This document shows positions 63,390 through 64,000 of a stretch of DNA of 64,000 nt, piece by piece; the first letter of the stretch is position 1; each line of letters opens with the position of its first letter. The DNA is from Eremomyces bilateralis CBS 781.70 (Eukaryota): the NCBI GenBank assembly GCA_010015585.1, contig ML975175.1. The stretch is one strand, 5' to 3'. The translations under genes and the position numbers were made by a program. Under the pieces are notes generated by a model. It had not been told where the DNA came from. It saw only the letters and a program-made list of their open reading frames with translations, and did no database searches.

Positions 63390-64000
63390 AAAATGTGTTC
63401 AATAATAGATATTCGTGTGAATACCGACCGAGAAAGGCGTTATATGACATCCAATGGGTGTTTTCCAGGCTCATTCGACCGTAAGCTCCGGAACGATGGC
63501 TGGATGGTGATTTCGGTGTGGTCTAGTTCATCACATATTAGCGTTTTTCACCCGACACAAGCATGGACATGTAAAAAAAAATCAATTACGAGATAGAGAA
63601 TACTTTAATACACAATCGATCAGATTTTGGAGTACATACGACGTGTTTTGATGTGGTTATTAATGGATCGTGATTTTGTCAAATCCACAGAGATACATAC
63701 AAACCACATACAAAATTTATGCAGAGCAGTGCGCGTCATTGACAGAATCCTCAGGCTATTTACCAGAGGAGTAGTTAAAGTAACGTGACCTTTTACAAAA
63801 AAGGTTAGACTCCCCTGAGAAATAGCCTGAGCTTGCTGAGGTAAGTCGTGGGACTCCTCAAAACTGAGGATGAGTAAGCTTCAGCTGACGAACCTAGGGC
63901 AGTCCAAATGAGCTCATCTGGATTAAATGATGAATTACAGAGGAATCTCATAAAAGGTGGCAGTAATGGGCCCGTGCGTTGCTGATTAATCATGCTGAGT

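Larger units (their letters stand above)
61824..63844. mobile_element. 2021-bp internally deleted DNA transposon, AcademH-like (transposase relic on +, RecQ-like helicase relic on -)
   Basis: Perfect 25-bp TIRs TTACCTCAGCAAGCTCAGGCTATTT (61824-61848 / 63820-63844); second perfect 25-bp IR pair (61914-61938 / 63737-63761); 8-bp direct flanks GTCGTGGG (61816-61823 / 63845-63852). Confidence 0.85.

Overview
Intron-containing filamentous ascomycete (Pezizomycotina) genomic DNA with two compartments. (1) About 1-48.9 kb is mostly a core block: a RING-PH-vWA Far1/Ste5-family scaffold (runs off the left edge), a GPI cell-wall protein, an Atg38/NRBF2-like MIT protein, a GRAM/VASt LAM sterol transporter, a CE12 esterase, a DUF4360 protein, an AA9-fold protein that has lost its copper-binding histidines, ISA1, ATP5, HMG-CoA lyase, CWC15, RRP45, PFK-2/FBPase-2, RXT3, BTN1, a freshly broken GPI-anchored CE5 gene and a Y-family (iota-like) polymerase. 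(2) About 49-64 kb is an accessory/mobile block. It holds a frameshifted DD38E Tc1-like transposase with a nested TA-flanked MITE and a Cys-rich membrane protein. It also holds a full-length Spok-type (coiled coil-nuclease-Cys cluster-kinase) spore-killer homologue interrupted by one in-frame TAG at an apparent Trp position, head-to-head (300 bp) with an intact HET-NACHT-ankyrin NLR. It ends with a 2-kb internally deleted AcademH-like transposon with bipartite TIRs, an 8-bp TSD and convergent transposase/RecQ-helicase relics. The best candidate for a new system is the Spok-like gene, possibly activated by sexual-stage A-to-I editing of UAG to UGG, paired with the NLR. All assignments come from motif recognition by eye; no searches were run.
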